Under the pieces are notes generated by a model that worked only from the letters and a program-made list of their open reading frames with translations, ran no database searches and was not told where the DNA came from. Below, in pieces: positions 20,725 through 30,883 of a stretch of 64,000 bases of DNA (position 1 is its first letter; every line of letters begins with the position of its first letter). This DNA comes from Candidatus Bathyarchaeota archaeon. Its GTDB lineage: Archaea; Thermoproteota; Bathyarchaeia; Bathyarchaeales; Bathycorpusculaceae. Where the stretch lies: the NCBI GenBank assembly GCA_963811105.1, contig CAWEPZ010000011.1, positions 1,024,001 to 1,088,000 of the forward strand, written 5' to 3'. Position numbers and translations under genes: made by a program.

Positions 20725-21708
20725 ATGACGGAAGATTTGGTAATTGAGACAAAAGGGCTTCGAAAGATTTTTATCTCTAAAGAGAGGGGTGGGAAAAAAG
20801 AGGTTGAGGCAGTTAAAGGTATAGATCTCACTGTTAGGAAAGGGGAAATCTTCGGTTTTCTAGGTCCAAATGGCGCGGGAAAATCTACCACACAAAAAAT
20901 GCTGTCAACGTTGCTCCGTCCAACTGGCGGAGAAGCAAAGGTTCTTGGTTACGACCTAGCAAAACAACAAGAGCAGATTAGACAAAAGGTTGGATGCGTA
21001 AGTCAAGCAGGCGGAGCGGATCTGGGTTCTACAGGTGTTGAAAACCTGGTCCTACAAGCCCAACTGTATGGCGTGGATGCTTTGACTGCAAAGAAAGCTG
21101 CAGCCAAATTCGCGGAGCGCTTCCAGATGAACTCATTTATAGCTAGACCGGCTTCATCTTATTCTGGTGGCCAAAAACGCCGTTTAGATATTGCGTTAGG
21201 CATGATTCACCATCCTCAGCTACTTCTTCTCGATGAACCGACTACAGGCCTTGACCCACAAAGCAGAGCCTATCTGTGGGGAGAAATAAAAAAACTGAAA
21301 GCCGAGGGCGTCACCATCTTTTTAACTACTCAATACATGGATGAAGCTGACAAACTTTGCGATACAATAGCGATTATAGATAACGGAAAAATCATTGTCA
21401 CTGGAACTTTAGGGGAGTTAAAAAGCTCTGTCGGTGGTGATTCAATAGTTTTTAGTTTTCTGTCAGAAGAAACAGCTCGCAACGCTGAAACTCTGTTAGC
21501 CGAAAAGATTCAGGTTGAAAAAATTCAGACTTCATACAATTCAGTCCATCTGAACATCAAAGATGGAGAAAGGATGATGCCTGAGCTGCTGCGTTCACTT
21601 GACGCCAAAAACTTGGAGACGCAAACCGTAACGTTGTCTAGGCCAAGTTTAGATGACGTATTCCTAAAGTACACTGGCCGTTCTTTGAGGGAGGACATAA
21701 TAAAATGA
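20725..21708 (+). CDS. ABC exporter ATP-binding subunit (DrrA-like)
   Basis: GPNGAGKS, YSGGQKRR, LLLDEPTTGLD, PSLDDVFL. Confidence 0.95.
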   Translation: MTEDLVIETKGLRKIFISKERGGKKEVEAVKGIDLTVRKGEIFGFLGPNGAGKSTTQKMLSTLLRPTGGEAKVLGYDLAKQQEQIRQKVGCVSQAGGADLGSTGVENLVLQAQLYGVDALTAKKAAAKFAERFQMNSFIARPASSYSGGQKRRLDIALGMIHHPQLLLLDEPTTGLDPQSRAYLWGEIKKLKAEGVTIFLTTQYMDEADKLCDTIAIIDNGKIIVTGTLGELKSSVGGDSIVFSFLSEETARNAETLLAEKIQVEKIQTSYNSVHLNIKDGERMMPELLRSLDAKNLETQTVTLSRPSLDDVFLKYTGRSLREDIIK

Positions 21709-22466
21709 AAATCCAAAACGACATAAGATTGATGTTTATTCGCAATATGCAGCATACTTTGAGAAGCCCCGTTTTTGTTTTCGTAAGCATGTTCCAGCCC
21801 CTTATGTACTTGCTCTTGTTTATGCCGCTTCTCAACGGTCTCGGCGGTGTACCTGGATTGCCCTCTGGAAAAACAGTAGATGTTTTCATCCCAGGTTTGT
21901 TGGTTCTGCAAGCACTATTCGGCACAGCCTTCGTTGGATTCTCACTCATCGATGATATTAGAACAGGAGTTATAGAACGATTTTTAGTGTCTCCAGTGAA
22001 TCGCTCAGCAATTCTTTTAGGCAGGGTTTTGAGAGATGCGTTCGTTCTTCTTATTCAATGTGTTTTGATTACATTGGTTGCTATTCCATTTGGTTTGAGC
22101 GTAAATTTAGGCGGATTTTTGCTCTCTCTGTTGCTGTATGCTTTAATTGGAATTACTATGGCGTCTATTTCTTACGGTTTCGCTCTGATTTACAAAATTG
22201 AGGATGCCCTCGCCCCAACGTTGAACACAATAACACTCCCTGTTTCCTTGCTGTCAGGCATTATTCTCCCATTGGCGCTTGCTCCAATCTGGCTTCAAGA
22301 CCTTGCAAAGATTAACCCCTTCTCATACGCGGTTAACGCTACTCGAGCATTGTTCGCTGGAAATTTTCAAAACATCGGAATTGTAGAGGGCTTCGTTGTC
22401 ATCGGTGTACTTGCAGTTCTGGTGTTTCTTTGGGGGTTGAGGTCACTTAAGAAAATGGCGTTATAA
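21705..22466 (+). CDS. ABC-2 type permease (DrrB-like)
   Basis: Six TM pattern, NPFSYAV; 4-nt overlap with the ATPase gene. Confidence 0.93.
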   Translation: MKIQNDIRLMFIRNMQHTLRSPVFVFVSMFQPLMYLLLFMPLLNGLGGVPGLPSGKTVDVFIPGLLVLQALFGTAFVGFSLIDDIRTGVIERFLVSPVNRSAILLGRVLRDAFVLLIQCVLITLVAIPFGLSVNLGGFLLSLLLYALIGITMASISYGFALIYKIEDALAPTLNTITLPVSLLSGIILPLALAPIWLQDLAKINPFSYAVNATRALFAGNFQNIGIVEGFVVIGVLAVLVFLWGLRSLKKMAL

Positions 22467-22478
22467 CAATGAACCCAC

Positions 22479-23609
22479 TTAACTCGCCTGTTGACTGCCA
22501 TTTTTGTTATGCAACTCTGATAATCGTAGAAGTGTTTCTTTGTAAACCTGTATGGCGTTGAGGTATTCGCTTATTTCGATGTGCTCATCTAAGGTGTGGT
22601 CTAGATGTGAGTCGCCTGGTCCGTAGGTTACTATTGGGAGGTTCATGGCTTTTCCGAGGATGTTCATGTCGCCGGTTCCTGTTTTGTGCAACAGCGTTGC
22701 GGGCTTGTTAAGCACTTTTCTCACGGAAGATGACAGTACATGAACAAGCGGTGAAGCTTTGTTAACTTCGAAAGGTTCGACTGTGTCTAATACGGTTGCT
22801 TTAACTGATACCTTTGGGTTGACAGCTTGGTACTTATTAATTATCTTCTCTATCTGCTCATAAACCTGAGCTGTCGAAAACTGTATTGGCACTCTGACAT
22901 CAAGGTTCATTTCAACCTCAAAGGGAACAACAGAAGTTGCTCTGCCGCCCACAACTTTTACCAAACATGCCGTAACAGCGTTGTATGGGCTTGCCGAAGG
23001 ATCCAGAGACGGATACGAAGAAGCATTCTTAATTTGCTCCCAAACTTCGAACGCTTTCTCCAAGGCATTATCGTACATCCAAGGCGTAGAAGCATGACCA
23101 GTTTCAGTTTTGCAAACAATTTTAAGTTGAATTTGCCCCTTGTAACCTATTGTTACGTTTTCAACGCCGCTGGGTTCACCGAAAATCGCGTAATCCGCCT
23201 TAATTCCCTGTGTTATTAGGTGCTTTACGCCACGGCTAGTAGCTTCTTCTTCCACAACGCTGGCAACCAAAATTTCACCTTTAAACCCAGGCTCCTTATT
23301 GGCAGCAAGTGCGGCTATAATCATAGCAGCAAGCGGGCCCTTCGCATCCACAGCACCCCGAGCGAATATTTTTCCTTCTTCAATCCGAAGAGGCAAATGT
23401 CCCGCCACCGTATCCATATGACCGCATAGCAGAATAACTGGTTCGCCTTCACCGACGACGCCGATTACGTTTCCGATAGCGTCTTTGCCTACTTCAAAAC
23501 CCATTCGTTTCATTTCATACTCTAGGTAATTGGCTGCGTCCCCTTCTTTTCCTGAAGGACTGTAAATACCAAGAAGGTTAGTTAGGAAACGTACTGCTTG
23601 CTCGCTCAT
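22479..23609 (-). CDS. lysK: [LysW]-lysine/ornithine hydrolase (M20)
   Basis: YSPSG, GHMDTV, GRG-like ARGAVDAKG, EEE, GPGDSHLDH; operon context. Confidence 0.92.
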   Translation of the reverse strand: MSEQAVRFLTNLLGIYSPSGKEGDAANYLEYEMKRMGFEVGKDAIGNVIGVVGEGEPVILLCGHMDTVAGHLPLRIEEGKIFARGAVDAKGPLAAMIIAALAANKEPGFKGEILVASVVEEEATSRGVKHLITQGIKADYAIFGEPSGVENVTIGYKGQIQLKIVCKTETGHASTPWMYDNALEKAFEVWEQIKNASSYPSLDPSASPYNAVTACLVKVVGGRATSVVPFEVEMNLDVRVPIQFSTAQVYEQIEKIINKYQAVNPKVSVKATVLDTVEPFEVNKASPLVHVLSSSVRKVLNKPATLLHKTGTGDMNILGKAMNLPIVTYGPGDSHLDHTLDEHIEISEYLNAIQVYKETLLRLSELHNKNGSQQAS

Positions 23610-24789
23610 TCTCTTCTTCTCCCAAAACCTCGTCAAGAACTAAAATTGCCTTGTCAATTTGTTGCTTCTCAATCACCAAAGACGGCAACAGACGAACCAC
23701 GGTTCTTCCAGCATCCAAAACCAAAACGCCCTTCGCTGCTGCTTTCAGAATAATATTATGAACATCAAACCGCAGTTCCATTCCAAGCATTAAACCTAAC
23801 CCTCGCACTTCCTTAACGATTTTATGCTTAGCCATTAAACCTTCCAAACCAGCCTTGAAGTACTTGCCCATCTCCGCGGCGCGATCAACAAGTTTTTCTT
23901 CTACAAGCGCATCTATGGCGGCGCATCCGGCGGCACAAACGAGTGGGCTTCCGCTGAAAGTGGTTGAGTGTTCACCGATTTTTAGAGAGGACATGATATT
24001 TTCTTTGGCGACAGTTATTCCGATGGGTAAGCCTCCTGCAAACGGCTTTGCCAAACATATAATGTCGGGTGTAACATCCCAATTTTGGCAGCCGAAAAAT
24101 TTTCCCGTTCGACCAAAACTTGTTTGCACTTCATCAAAGAGTAACAAGACATTTTTTTCATTGCAAATTTCTCGTACTGCCTGCAAAAAGCCTTCAGGAG
24201 GGACACGAACACCGCCTTCGCCTCGGATTGGCTCTATCAAGACTGCAGCGGTTTTCTCTGTTATTGCCGCACGGATTTTATCAGCGTTGTCTGGAGGCAC
24301 GTGTTTAAACTCGGGAACCAGAGGCATGAAAGGCTCGCGGTATTTCTTGTCCCATGTTGCGGATAGAGCACCCATGGTTTTGCCGTGAAAAGCTCCCATT
24401 AACGCGATAATTTCGGGTTTGCCAGTATATTTGCGGGCTAGTTTTATGGCGCATTCAACTGATTCAGCGCCGCTGTTTGACAGGAACGCTTTGTCTAAGC
24501 CTTTCGGCGTTATCTGAACAAGTTTCTGTATAAATTCTGCGCGTTTATCATTATAGTAGCAACTATGACAGGTAATCAGTTGCTCAGCTTGAGCCTGGAC
24601 CGCAGCAACTATTTTTGGGTGGCAATGTCCTAGCAAAGCGACACCATAGCTGGTTGAGCAGTCCACATATTCTTTCCCGTTTATATCCCAAACTAGCGCG
24701 CCCTTGCCTTTTGTGAGAACCAATGGTTTTTTGCTGAAAACATTCGCTAAATAGCGATTTTCAATATCTGTTATTTCTTTGTCATTCAC
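23578..24789 (-). CDS. lysJ: [LysW]-aminoadipate/glutamate semialdehyde aminotransferase
   Basis: NSGAES, FHGKTMG, DEVQT, PLP lysine in LAKP. Confidence 0.93.
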   Translation of the reverse strand: MNDKEITDIENRYLANVFSKKPLVLTKGKGALVWDINGKEYVDCSTSYGVALLGHCHPKIVAAVQAQAEQLITCHSCYYNDKRAEFIQKLVQITPKGLDKAFLSNSGAESVECAIKLARKYTGKPEIIALMGAFHGKTMGALSATWDKKYREPFMPLVPEFKHVPPDNADKIRAAITEKTAAVLIEPIRGEGGVRVPPEGFLQAVREICNEKNVLLLFDEVQTSFGRTGKFFGCQNWDVTPDIICLAKPFAGGLPIGITVAKENIMSSLKIGEHSTTFSGSPLVCAAGCAAIDALVEEKLVDRAAEMGKYFKAGLEGLMAKHKIVKEVRGLGLMLGMELRFDVHNIILKAAAKGVLVLDAGRTVVRLLPSLVIEKQQIDKAILVLDEVLGEEENERASSTFPN

Positions 24790-25600
24790 CAGTTATCACT
24801 GTACCAACCTTATGATCCAACGCCGAGCTAATAGGCTGATTTCCTGTGCCAGCGGTTACTAAGACTTCCTTGACGCCTTGATTCAAGGCTTCCAATGCCG
24901 CATGAACCTTTGTACTCATGCCCGCCCCAATGCCGGACATAATCTCTTTAACCTCAGTTGCACTGATTTTTTTAACGCACTCTCCTTTGAGCATTAAGCC
25001 TGACACGTTAGTGAGCAAGATTAAGCGGTCAGCTTTAAGAGCGCCTGCGATCATGGCTGCTGTTCGGTCGCCGTCAACGTTAAGGGGTTCAGAATCTTGG
25101 CTAAGCGCTATAGGCGTCACAATCGGTACATATCCCTTTTCAAGCAAGAGGTTAAGCAGATCAGAATTTACGTGAGTTATTTTCCCTGTATAGCCCCCAT
25201 CGATGACTTTCTTTCTGCCTCGTTCATCAACATGAATGAGTTTGGCTTTTCGATCACCCGTCAAAGTTGCAGCGTCTAGACCGCTTATACCTACAGCTGG
25301 GATGCCCTGAGTCTGCAGCGCTAGGACGATTTGCTTGTTGATTTTGCCTGCCATAACCATAGTGTAAATCTCAATTGTTTCTTTATCGGTATAGCGGCTT
25401 CGAAAGCCCTCGGGTGAAATTATGAATTTTTGTTCCTTACCAAGCTTAGATGCGATTTCAGTAACTTCTACGCCTCCACCATGTACAAGGATGACTCTGT
25501 TGGTTTTTGCAATTTCTTTCAGATCGGCGACTAAGTCTTGGGACGCGCCTTCTTTGAGTATGCTTCCACCCATCTTAATTACAAACAACATAGTGATCAC
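24782..25600 (-). CDS. lysZ: [LysW]-aminoadipate/glutamate kinase
   Basis: KMGGS, VHGGG, SPEGFRSRYTD, NVDGDR. Confidence 0.93.
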   Translation of the reverse strand: MITMLFVIKMGGSILKEGASQDLVADLKEIAKTNRVILVHGGGVEVTEIASKLGKEQKFIISPEGFRSRYTDKETIEIYTMVMAGKINKQIVLALQTQGIPAVGISGLDAATLTGDRKAKLIHVDERGRKKVIDGGYTGKITHVNSDLLNLLLEKGYVPIVTPIALSQDSEPLNVDGDRTAAMIAGALKADRLILLTNVSGLMLKGECVKKISATEVKEIMSGIGAGMSTKVHAALEALNQGVKEVLVTAGTGNQPISSALDHKVGTVITGE

Positions 25601-26652
25601 ATCGGATGGAACCCAGTACTCTTCAAGCCGGTGGTTTCATCTATGCCCATAAGAATGTTCATGCATTGCACTCCTTGGCCTGACGCTCCCTTGGTCATGT
25701 TGTCAATGGCTGAGAAAAGCAAAAGCCGATTCGCATGCTCATCAATCTCGAAACCAACGTCACAGAAGTTTGTGCCAACTGTGATTTTTGGGTCAGGCAA
25801 CTGGTAAGGTCCCTTCTGGTATTTCACTAAACGAATGAACGGCTCATTGCCATACATTCCACGAAGAGCTTTCCAAAGGTCTTTGTTCTCCAGCTTCTGT
25901 TTGGGGAAAGTATGTATTGTTGCAAGGATGCCACGTACCATGTTCACGGCGTGGGGGGTAAAGGAGATTTTTACGGGCTCATCTGTTAATGCATTCAGTT
26001 CCTGCTCAACTTCTGCGGTGTGTCGATGACCGACAACTTGGTAAGGTCGCACTCCGCTAAAGCGTTCAGGATGATGTGATGATACTGTGGGTTTGCTGCC
26101 GCCTCCTGAAGAACCAACCTTGAGGTCTACTATAATTTTGTCTTTGTAAACCAATTTGGCCTTCACTACAGGCGCTAAGCCAAGGATTGCGGATGTTGCC
26201 ATGCAGCCTGGGCAAGCAATAAGTTTGGCATTTTTGATTTCTTCCCGGTGAAGCTCAGGCAGCCCGTATGCCGCTTCTTTAAGCATTTCTGGGTGGGCAT
26301 GTTTCCAGCCATAGTAAGTTTCGTAATCAGCAGGGTTTTTGAGACGAAAGTCAGCACTCATGTCGATTACTCTTAAGCCTTCCTCTAAGAGTTTTGGAAC
26401 TAAGTTAACTGAACCTCCATGTGGAGTTGCTGTGAAGATTAAGTCGCATTCTTTCTGAATCTCAGCCATGTCTTGGGGCACAAATTTTAGCTGCGTTAAG
26501 CCTCTTAAGTTTGGGTGGATATTGAAGACGTATTCACCTACGCTTTGACGAGAAGTAACCATAGTTACCTCCACCTGAGGATGCAAAAGCAGCAACCTCA
26601 ACAATTCGCCGCCGACGTATCCTGAACCACCAATAATTCCAATTCTCAACAT
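25597..26652 (-). CDS. lysY: [LysW]-aminoadipyl/glutamyl-phosphate reductase (ArgC family)
   Basis: GGSGYVG, DMSADFRL, PGC catalytic Cys, DNMTKGASGQ. Confidence 0.94.
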   Translation of the reverse strand: MLRIGIIGGSGYVGGELLRLLLLHPQVEVTMVTSRQSVGEYVFNIHPNLRGLTQLKFVPQDMAEIQKECDLIFTATPHGGSVNLVPKLLEEGLRVIDMSADFRLKNPADYETYYGWKHAHPEMLKEAAYGLPELHREEIKNAKLIACPGCMATSAILGLAPVVKAKLVYKDKIIVDLKVGSSGGGSKPTVSSHHPERFSGVRPYQVVGHRHTAEVEQELNALTDEPVKISFTPHAVNMVRGILATIHTFPKQKLENKDLWKALRGMYGNEPFIRLVKYQKGPYQLPDPKITVGTNFCDVGFEIDEHANRLLLFSAIDNMTKGASGQGVQCMNILMGIDETTGLKSTGFHPM

Positions 26653-26676
26653 GTCTCTTTCCTCGTTACTCAATTA

Positions 26677-27858
26677 CTAGTCGATTAGACTTTGGGCACC
26701 TTTCAACAGTGGAACAGCCACATTATAACCTGTTGCCAGCCGAGTATTCTCCCAAAACTCTGGGCAAGAATTCGACTCGTGAAACACCAAAGCACTTTTA
26801 TTTTTTTCTATGCTTTCTTCAATTACCTTTTTAATATTTTCGTAATTCTGATTATTCGCATATCTCTGGAAAGCTTTTTCCAGCTTCGTATTCCACGCTC
26901 TAAAATTGGTTAGGCGAGTTTCATCTTGCTTGACTTTTTGAACAGACGCAAAAGCTTGCGAAGCCTTATCAAGTTCAGCTTTGAGGTAACCATCATCCAC
27001 CTGTTTGTTGTCTTTAACGTTTACCATAGCATCCAACGCGAAAATCCATGCTTCGCTGCCTTTACCAAGAGTTTTGCCGCACTTAACCGAAAGTTGCTGA
27101 ATACTTTTAGGTAATTTGGCGCCGAAAACCAAGTTGCCGAGAAAAGTGTTTGTTCTAAAGTCCTTAAAGCCGGCCCTTGCCATTGCTATAGGATAGCAAA
27201 CTGGTTGTTTGCCTTTCTCTTTTGAAACGATGATTCTTAAATCGTAAAACCACTTCTCAATCAGTTCCTGTGCGACCACACCGACAGGGTTAATTATTGA
27301 GGGTTTTGTTTCCCCTATGTTTGCAATTAGTTCTTCATCGTTTCTTGCAAGCATAATCATTTTGCCATGCGTTCCAGCATCAGCTTTAATCACGATGCCT
27401 TCTGAGAGAGGGATTTCTTGTTGGAACAGTTCTGCAATGTCTTTTTCATTGTGGATTATTTGCCCATTCTTTAGAGTGTCAGTTGAGTCGCACGGAACAT
27501 AAACTGTTTTGGGTATGGGGATGCCTTCTTTCCAAAGGGTAAGCAGCGTGCGTAGCTTACTGTAGCAAACAAATTCGCTTTGAGAAGAGTTTAACGCTTT
27601 TTTTTCGAGTTGCTCTATGATGTATGAGGCTTGGAGGCGACGATTCTTGCTTTGTGCACGATTAAGCACAACAGCAGTATCATTTATTGCGTTTGTGTAG
27701 TCTTTTCCTTTGGTTTTAGCGCTAAAGCCATCTTTGGATACTGATAAAGCGATTTTTCGGAAGGGCAGAAAAGTCAAGTCAATGCCTAATTGCTGGGCAG
27801 TTAGTTTTATTCCGTTTTCATCGTTTTCTGACCGCTCATAAAGAAGTGCAATGCTCAT
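26677..27858 (-). CDS. lysX: ATP-grasp LysW ligase (LysX/ArgX-like, atypically long)
   Basis: IPIPKT, QELI...DLRI, FRTN, ESN; directly downstream of lysW. Confidence 0.75.
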   Translation of the reverse strand: MSIALLYERSENDENGIKLTAQQLGIDLTFLPFRKIALSVSKDGFSAKTKGKDYTNAINDTAVVLNRAQSKNRRLQASYIIEQLEKKALNSSQSEFVCYSKLRTLLTLWKEGIPIPKTVYVPCDSTDTLKNGQIIHNEKDIAELFQQEIPLSEGIVIKADAGTHGKMIMLARNDEELIANIGETKPSIINPVGVVAQELIEKWFYDLRIIVSKEKGKQPVCYPIAMARAGFKDFRTNTFLGNLVFGAKLPKSIQQLSVKCGKTLGKGSEAWIFALDAMVNVKDNKQVDDGYLKAELDKASQAFASVQKVKQDETRLTNFRAWNTKLEKAFQRYANNQNYENIKKVIEESIEKNKSALVFHESNSCPEFWENTRLATGYNVAVPLLKGAQSLID

Positions 27859-27928
27859 CGCTTTTCTGCTTCCTGATAAAAAATTAATCAAAAAACTGAT
27901 CTAAATGAAGGATTGTTAGGGGAACCGT

Positions 27929-28147
27929 TTATTCGCCCCAGTCTTCTCCTTCAATGGTTAATTCCTGAAGGTCTACACATCCGCCCTTTACTTGCTTAAC
28001 TTCAAGTTCTAGTCCGCAACCAGGACAGCTCAGGATTTCTCCTTTCTCTGTGTCTGCTGGAACATCAAGCTCCGCTTCGCAGTCTGGGCATTTTGCCTTG
28101 TTGATAGCCTTAACCTCTGAAGGATTTATGTTTACGGGTTTAATCAT
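27929..28147 (-). CDS. lysW: Amino-group carrier protein LysW
   Basis: CPDC...CPGC and C-terminal EDWGE. Confidence 0.97.
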   Translation of the reverse strand: MIKPVNINPSEVKAINKAKCPDCEAELDVPADTEKGEILSCPGCGLELEVKQVKGGCVDLQELTIEGEDWGE

Positions 28148-28170
28148 TTTTTATTCGTCACTTTTTTATG

Positions 28171-28261
28171 TTGGGAAATGCTTTCCCAATTAACTCGGCG
28201 TAAATTTAAACATTGTGACTTATTTGTTACAACTTGGACTCATAATGCACCATTTGGTGCA
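28171..28261. promoter_or_regulatory. Two inverted repeats in the lysW-lysM divergent region
   Basis: TTGGGAAA-TGC-TTTCCCAA (28171-28189) and TGCACCA-TT-TGGTGCA (28246-28261). Confidence 0.45.
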
Positions 28262-28397
28262 GCAAAAAAGAATTTGCCAAATTGCTTGAGAAAGTGGAAA
28301 CGCATAATAAATCGCAGTCCACAACGAAATTCGCATCACCCTTTAAGCGTTAACAAGGGAAATCGTTAAATTTTTCCTCAAACCAATAACACTCTCG

Positions 28398-28817
28398 GTG
28401 ACAGAAATGGACGAGAAAGACAAAGAAATAATCAAACTTCTGAAAGATGACGCTAGAGCAGGCTACGGCGAAATTGGCGCAAAAATAGGCTTATCTGAAG
28501 GCGCTATAAGAAAAAGAATCAAAACGTTGACCGACGATAACGTAATACGCAAATTCACGGTTAAAATCGGCGTTGAAGAAGGCGCCCAAGCCATAACGCT
28601 ACTTGCAACAAACCCTGCCAATCCAACTCAAGAAGTGTCAAAAGAAATCCAGTCCATCCCGAATGTCGAAACAGTCTACGAAGTCACTGGAGAATATGAC
28701 ATAGTTGCAGTCATTAGCGGCATGAACATAATGGAAGTTAACGAATGTATAGAGAAGATTCGAAGGGTTGAAGGCATAATGAAAACCAACACAATGATAG
28801 TGCTGAGAAGCTCATAA
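28398..28817 (+). CDS. lysM: Lrp/AsnC-family regulator (LysM-type)
   Basis: MDEKDKEII..L..DAR, LSEGAIRKRI HTH, YEVTGEYD; divergent from lysW. Confidence 0.85.
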   Translation: MTEMDEKDKEIIKLLKDDARAGYGEIGAKIGLSEGAIRKRIKTLTDDNVIRKFTVKIGVEEGAQAITLLATNPANPTQEVSKEIQSIPNVETVYEVTGEYDIVAVISGMNIMEVNECIEKIRRVEGIMKTNTMIVLRSS

Positions 28818-29079
28818 ACAAAAAATAAGTAAGAATATGAAGACTATGAACTCCATTGGATTTAGTTCCGACAATAAGGCAGTTATTTGATTAATCATAG
28901 ATGCGCTCAACAAACAAAGCGTCTCATGCAAATTTGGCTAATATCAAGAGCAACAGGTTCCAAAAGATGGAACCAAACCATAATAAATTCTTCACTTTCA
29001 CTTAACCCTCCACTTCTCCACAAAGAAGTTTCTTAGCTTATCTTATAACCCACTCAACAACGATAGAGGTGACTCACGG

Positions 29080-29316
29080 GTGAGTCATATGAAAAAGAGA
29101 ACTGCACTCTTAGCCATGGAAGAAGACCTTTGTGTTGATCTGACGCTTCATAACGTTCCCGCTTCAATGCTCAAGGAGTTTGCAGAAAAAATTGTTCGTC
29201 CCTACTACAATGGCAACTTAAACATAGCCATACAGGACCTAATCAACAAAGCTATAGCAGAACAAGAATTCATTCATGCACACATAACCCATATTAAAAA
29301 CACACTGAAGCAGTGA
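29080..29316 (+). CDS. Small hypothetical protein (ribbon-helix-helix-like)
   Basis: GAGGTGA SD; VDLTLHNVPASMLKEF...AIQDLINKA. Confidence 0.65.
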   Translation: MSHMKKRTALLAMEEDLCVDLTLHNVPASMLKEFAEKIVRPYYNGNLNIAIQDLINKAIAEQEFIHAHITHIKNTLKQ

Positions 29317-29332
29317 CTTTGCCATAGCTTGT

Positions 29333-30047
29333 TTACTTTATTACCTTTTCGATTTTCTCAACAGCGGAATTTGTTCCAATGTAGACTATATCGGTTAAGC
29401 CGACAAAGAACCCAGTTTCAACAACGCCAGGAATCATCTTAACAGTCACCTGCAATTCGGCAGGCTTCGGTATTTCACCAAAATACGAATCCAAAATGGC
29501 GTTCCCATTATCAGTGATTATTGGGCCAAGCTTACCTTTGCCTTCCCGCAAAATAGGTTTTCCGCCAACTTCAACTATCTTTCGCTTCAGCTAGCGAAAT
29601 TGCAAAAGGCAGAACTTCAATTGGAACACCTTGATTGTTTTCACCCAAAAGCTTAACTTTTTTCTGTCGGTCAGCAATAATAATATTAAGTTTGGAGGCG
29701 GCGGCAACAATTTTTTCTCTTGCCATTGCTGCACCCATACCCTTGATTAAATACAGTTCAGGAGTTAGCTGGTCAGCACCATCAATGGTCACGTCAATTT
29801 CTGGATACTCATCCAAAGTAGTAATCGGAATACCACATTTGACTGCCAACAAAAATGCCTGATAAGAAGTTGGAATACCAACAATTCGCAGTTTTTCATT
29901 TTTTATTCTTTCACCTAAGGCTTCAATAGCAAACGCAGCCGTAGATCCACTTCCTAAACCAACAACAAATCTGTCTTTAACATGTTTAACTGCTACCAAA
30001 GCTGCTTTCTGTTTTTCTTCTTGGATCGGGTCGAGGTTAGCTTTCAA
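29333..30047 (-). CDS. rpiA: Ribose-5-phosphate isomerase A, split by an apparent +1 frameshift near 29590
   Basis: GLGSGST, DGAD, KGMGAA..REK in 29571..30089; TDNGN, PGVVETG in 29333..29551. Confidence 0.9.
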
Positions 30048-30784
30048 TTTCCATTTGCCCCAGTTTATCCAAAACCTTCTCAACTTCACTTCTTATAGAT
30101 TCAATCCTCTTTTCTGCCTCAGTTTTAGCCGTAGGTTTCTCCTCTGGCGGCTTACGCTTCTTTTTCTGTTTCTCTTCCCCTCCTGCTTCTTCCGCTTCCT
30201 CTTCCTCAGCTTCCGCATCCTCAATGCGTTTCCATCTGAGAAGTAGGAGTTGGCGAAGGTAATTTTACAGGAATCTCCCTTATCGGTTTAACATCAATCC
30301 TTGTTCTAAGCTCTTCAACCTTTGAGTTCAATTCTCCAAAACGTTCACTGAAAAGCTTCATCAAGTCCTCCTGCATACCCTCAAGGTCATGGAGCGCAAC
30401 TATTGTTTCATCCTTTGATATGGACTCTTTTATTGACATCATTCTTGCCTTGTAAGTTGCAGCAAGCTTTTCTCGTTCTAATTCAGTAATCTTCCCTTCC
30501 GCTTGTGCCTCATACAAATGGCGAATGGCATCACTTAAGATTTCCCGCTCTAAATCGAGCATTCGAAGCTCATCTTTTGCACTGGAAGCTGTTGATGTTT
30601 GAACGCTCTTAGAAATCCTAAACGGTAAGCCAGAATAGTCAAGGTCTGGATCAGCAGTTTTCTGAGATTTTTTCGGCTTCGGTTTTCTTCCCTGTCTTCT
30701 CATGCCATAAATTACTATTCCGACAGCGCTGATTATGACTACCGCTACTGCAATGACTATTAAGGGGTCATCGTACCAAGCCAT
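30037..30784 (-). CDS. Membrane-anchored coiled-coil protein; apparent +1 frameshift near 30227
   Basis: N-terminal TM and coiled coil; a second frame continues EDAEAEEEEAEE...RSEVEKVLDKLGQMEIES to stop at 30037. Confidence 0.7.
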
Positions 30785-30883
30785 TCCAAGCTGTCCTCGG
30801 TTATCTTGATTATGTACAATGCTTATATAAATTAATTTAAGTCCACGGGTTTCCTATTCTAAGCTAAGCGATTGCGTGATGGA

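Noticed and set aside
28190-28213. MFKFTPS as a Lys/Arg attenuation leader
   Set aside because: Only one Lys and no Arg; too short to distinguish from chance, so kept only as context
29560-30240. Programmed frameshifting in rpiA and its upstream gene
   Set aside because: No slippery heptamer or stimulatory structure; isolated single-base insertions point to consensus errors
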